Origin: Methanomassiliicoccaceae archaeon
Lineage (GTDB): Archaea > Thermoplasmatota > Thermoplasmata > Methanomassiliicoccales > UBA472
Direction: 5' to 3'
NCBI GenBank assembly: GCA_963827905.1
Contig: CAWHCB010000001.1
Coordinates: 52,963 to 116,962, forward strand
DNA length: 64,000 nucleotides
The position numbers and the translations under genes were made by a program. Numbering within the stretch: the first letter of the stretch is position 1; each line of letters starts with the position of its first letter. Shown in pieces: positions 61,213 through 64,000 of this stretch. Below the pieces are notes generated by a model, which was not told the origin of the DNA, did not search any database, and was given only the letters and a program-made list of their open reading frames with translations.

Positions 61213-62043
61213 CTACTTCCAGCTCAGCGATCTCGGGTTGATGCTCCTCTTGTCGGTATATATCATATCGACGAGGTCCAAGGGGGTGAGCTCGAATGTC
61301 TGGGTCAGCTCATGCAGTCCGTCGGCCTCGAGCTTCTTCCTTCCGAAGTCGACATGCTCCAAGGGCGCGATCTTAAGCTCGCTGCACAGCACGTTGAAAG
61401 GCTTCCCTGCGGTCATGGCCACGGTGGATAGGGCCCTGGTCCCGACCTTGTTGAACACACCCATGGGGGTTATGGCATCGGCGCCTACCAAGCAACAGTC
61501 AACCTCATCGATCACCGCACCGACCAGCGAATCTGGGATGACCCTGACCTTGACCCCGTTCTTCATCAGCTTCTTGGCGGTGATGCGGCCCTCGCCCATT
61601 GGTAGGGATTCTGTCACCATGACATCGATCTCCCTCTCGCTCTTCAGCATGAGCAGTGAGGCCATGATGGTGCTCGAATAGGACATGGTGAGGAACCTCT
61701 CCCCTTGCACCAGGTTGACGAAGTTGGAGGCGATGCGACTTGGGGCGTTGATCTCTTGGTCGGTGCACTGTTCGACCATCATCGTGATCGCGCCGTTCCA
61801 GTTCTGAACGGACTGGTTGCCAGCGATCCTCTCAATATCCTTTGCGATGTTGTGAAAAGATGCGATGCCCGGTCTGGCCATCCTGACATCTGTGGCGAAC
61901 TCCACCCATTCCGCTCTAGGCACGGTCTGGTTGTTGCTCAGGAAAGCCCTTAGGTCCTGTAATAGTCTGGAGGTCATCTCGGACGCGCCGGAGATCGAAT
62001 CGCCCATGATGGCGGTGATCATGACCTGCAAGGCCGGTCTCAT
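61213..62043 (-). CDS. eIF-2B alpha/beta/delta-like family protein (possible ribose-1,5-bisphosphate or MTR-1-P isomerase)
   Basis: LTMSYSSTI..., VMVTESLPMGEG, CLVGADAITPMGVFNKVGT, PFNVLCSELK are IF-2B family motifs. Confidence 0.7.
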   Translation of the reverse strand: MRPALQVMITAIMGDSISGASEMTSRLLQDLRAFLSNNQTVPRAEWVEFATDVRMARPGIASFHNIAKDIERIAGNQSVQNWNGAITMMVEQCTDQEINAPSRIASNFVNLVQGERFLTMSYSSTIMASLLMLKSEREIDVMVTESLPMGEGRITAKKLMKNGVKVRVIPDSLVGAVIDEVDCCLVGADAITPMGVFNKVGTRALSTVAMTAGKPFNVLCSELKIAPLEHVDFGRKKLEADGLHELTQTFELTPLDLVDMIYTDKRSINPRSLSWK

Positions 62044-62111
62044 GACCCGAAAGATGACGCTCCTTAATTAAGGAATTTGCACTTATATTATAAAAATGGA
62101 TAATGAGGAGG

Positions 62112-62609
62112 TCATGCCTCCACGTTGCTGACCACGACCTCGTCGGAGATCGCCTCAAGCTCGGCCAGCTGTTTGTCATAATGGTTCTTCGGGTCGAGGC
62201 TTATGATGAAGTTATGTCCGCAACCGTCGCTGACCTGGTTATGGGTCCGCTTCAATATCTTGAGCACTGGCTTGAAACCGTTCCACATCTCCAGCACATC
62301 CAGTCCGTTGAGGACCACTATGCCGTTCTCGTTCTCCCGCAAGAACTTCTCCAGATAGTTCTCGAACATCCTGAGGTTCATGGGCGGGATGCACTCCTCA
62401 TCGGGGCGCGGGGACAGCCATTTGGTGGTCAGAGGCTCATGGAGGTTGGTGAACTGTCCCTTGATCTGGTTCGGGGAATGCTTCGATATGTATAATGCAG
62501 GACGCCCCCGGGCAAGCTCCTTCCTCAGGAGCTGGTGGGTTCGCAAAGGCACTCTTTCCTCTATGAGGTACATCTTCCCGTTATCTAGTTTCATACAAAT
62601 CCTCCCCAA
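62112..62609 (-). CDS. DUF835 domain protein (second copy in the window)
   Basis: RPALYISKHSP...TKWLS..., IVVLNGLDVLEMWNG and FIISLDPKNHYDKQL show the same layout as 41888..42457. Confidence 0.6.
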   Translation of the reverse strand: MGRICMKLDNGKMYLIEERVPLRTHQLLRKELARGRPALYISKHSPNQIKGQFTNLHEPLTTKWLSPRPDEECIPPMNLRMFENYLEKFLRENENGIVVLNGLDVLEMWNGFKPVLKILKRTHNQVSDGCGHNFIISLDPKNHYDKQLAELEAISDEVVVSNVEA

Positions 62610-62889
62610 CTGTTGACCGATGCTTGCCCGTCTGAGGTTATACCAATTCTACGCATTAACAATGGAAAAGAGGGTCGGGGTCCGCCTTTCAAGCGGAATA
62701 ACGAGGTTTTTGTCACAACCACTGTTAACTTCAAGGCTCTTTATTTGTGGGAAACTGATTGAATTCATAGAGAAATAATTCGTCCAGCAAGATCCACATC
62801 AATACGAGTACTTACGGTGTTGGGAGCGATGACCGCCTTCCTGGATAATCCGTCTTTATAGCGTGTTTATCTTAAAGGATAAAAATGGG

Positions 62890-63321
62890 TCAATGCACCT
62901 CGGCCGATTCAAGCAACGGCACACCACTCGCTTTTAGGCTCTTGACCGCGTCCTCCACCTTGTCCACCCTCAGGATGAGGACCGCCCCGTGCTTCGAGCT
63001 GTAGGCGTAGCTGTAATCTATGTTGATCTCCGCCCGCCCCAGCACCTCCGCTACCTCCCTAAGGCCCCCCGGCCGGTCCTTCATTCCCACTGCTATCACT
63101 TCCGTGATCTTCACCATGAGGCCCAGATCGGAGAGCCGCTTGCAGGCCTTGGTCGGATCGGACACCAAGGCCCGGATGACCCCGAAGCCATCGGCCTCGG
63201 CGATGCTGAAGGCATAGATGTCTATGCCCGCCTCCTCCATCGCTTGCGCGAACGCGGCCAGACGTCCGGGTCGGTTCTCGGTGAACATCGAGACCTGCTG
63301 TATGAGATGCTTCTTGACCAT
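62890..63321 (-). CDS. ACT domain protein (two ACT modules)
   Basis: QVSMFTENRPGRLAAFAQAMEEAGIDI and AVGMKDRPGGLREVAEVLGRAEINI. It is coupled by an ATGA overlap to the upstream ligase gene, a common pairing. Confidence 0.8.
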   Translation of the reverse strand: MVKKHLIQQVSMFTENRPGRLAAFAQAMEEAGIDIYAFSIAEADGFGVIRALVSDPTKACKRLSDLGLMVKITEVIAVGMKDRPGGLREVAEVLGRAEINIDYSYAYSSKHGAVLILRVDKVEDAVKSLKASGVPLLESAEVH

Positions 63322-64000
63322 CAGATCCTCCTCCTATCGATCACGCGTTTTGCCTTGCCCTCGAACCGGGGCAGGGAGTCGGGATTGGCCAATTCCACAT
63401 CCACGCTGACGTTCAACGCCGCGCGGAGGGTGTGGGTGACCTTCTTCTTGATGCGCATCAGGTCGTCGATGCGGTCACTGAAGAACTCCCGCTTCAGCTC
63501 CACCCGCACCAACATGTCGTCCAACTCGCCCTTCCTGTCCACCTCGATCATGAAATGGCTCCCCACCTCAGGGATGGACATGAGGGCGTACTCCACCTGT
63601 GACGGGAAAACATTGATGCCGCGGATGATAAGCATGTCGTCCACCCTTCCTTGGATCCTTCCAATGCGTGGGATGGGTGCGACCGCAGGCGCACACCTCC
63701 TCATCCATGGTGGTGATGTCCCCCACCTTGTAACGGATGATGGGCAGCGCCTCCTTCTGCAGCATGGTCACCACCAGTTCGCCTCGCTCCCCCGGGGAGA
63801 CGGGCTCATGGGTGTCAGGGTCCAATATCTCGACCAGCGCCAAATCGCCCCAGATATGGATGCCCTTCTGCTCCTCGCACTCCGTGAACAATGGACCGGA
63901 TAGCTCGCTCGTGCCGTAGATGTCGTAGGCCTTGATGCCCAGGTCTTCCTCGATCCTGTTCCTCATGCGCTCTGACCATGGTTCCGCCCCAAGTATCGCC
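63321..64000 (-). CDS. Phenylacetate-CoA ligase / coenzyme F390 synthetase-like adenylating enzyme, C-terminal part (gene continues beyond the window); one frame break near 63695
   Basis: YDIYGTSELSGP..., GELVVTMLQKEALPIIRYKVGD continues after the shift as RIGRIQGRVDDMLIIRGINVFPSQVE...FEGKAKRVIDRR. Confidence 0.75.

Overview
This is a visibly GC-rich archaeal chromosome segment from a methanogen. The lineage guess, Methanomassiliicoccales-like, is inference only. The first 27 kb hold almost every gene class known to build, modify and activate methyl-coenzyme M reductase (MCR). These are the ycaO 3' end plus tfuA, mcrBDGA, atwA (component A2) plus mcrC, and a tightly overlapping operon of methanogenesis-marker proteins in the order Mmp3/6-5-15-17-7. 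About ten uncharacterised genes lie between them, including a pair of paralogs that each sit beside one MCR locus.

The rest of the window carries:
- two loci of giant DUF11-type repeat surface proteins (13.6-18.5 kb on +, 43.6-52.2 kb on -);
- a Sulfolobus-style copper locus (Lrp/TRASH regulator, copA, small TRASH protein);
- a candidate roughly 290-nt structured RNA;
- two multi-PAS sensors;
- a STAND ATPase regulator;
- trpB2;
- a MacB-like ABC exporter;
- a class II ribonucleotide reductase;
- assorted housekeeping genes.

The most novel-looking items are four. First, a small membrane-anchored protein made of 12 tandem IPGVDPH[AVI] octapeptides with a 72-bp higher-order DNA repeat. Second, the unknown paralog pair flanking the MCR loci. 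Third, the cysteine-rich variant of the surface-protein module. Fourth, an apparent Mmp3-Mmp6 fusion that hides an alternative-frame stop/start overlap.

One major caveat applies throughout. I count roughly 45-50 reading-frame interruptions. Some fall in genes that must be functional (mcrB, atwA), and they are about four-fold denser in the two surface-protein loci. I therefore give whole-gene coordinates with the approximate position of each frame break, and I treat most breaks as probable sequence or assembly errors until checked. I found no CRISPR array, tRNA, rRNA or mobile element.
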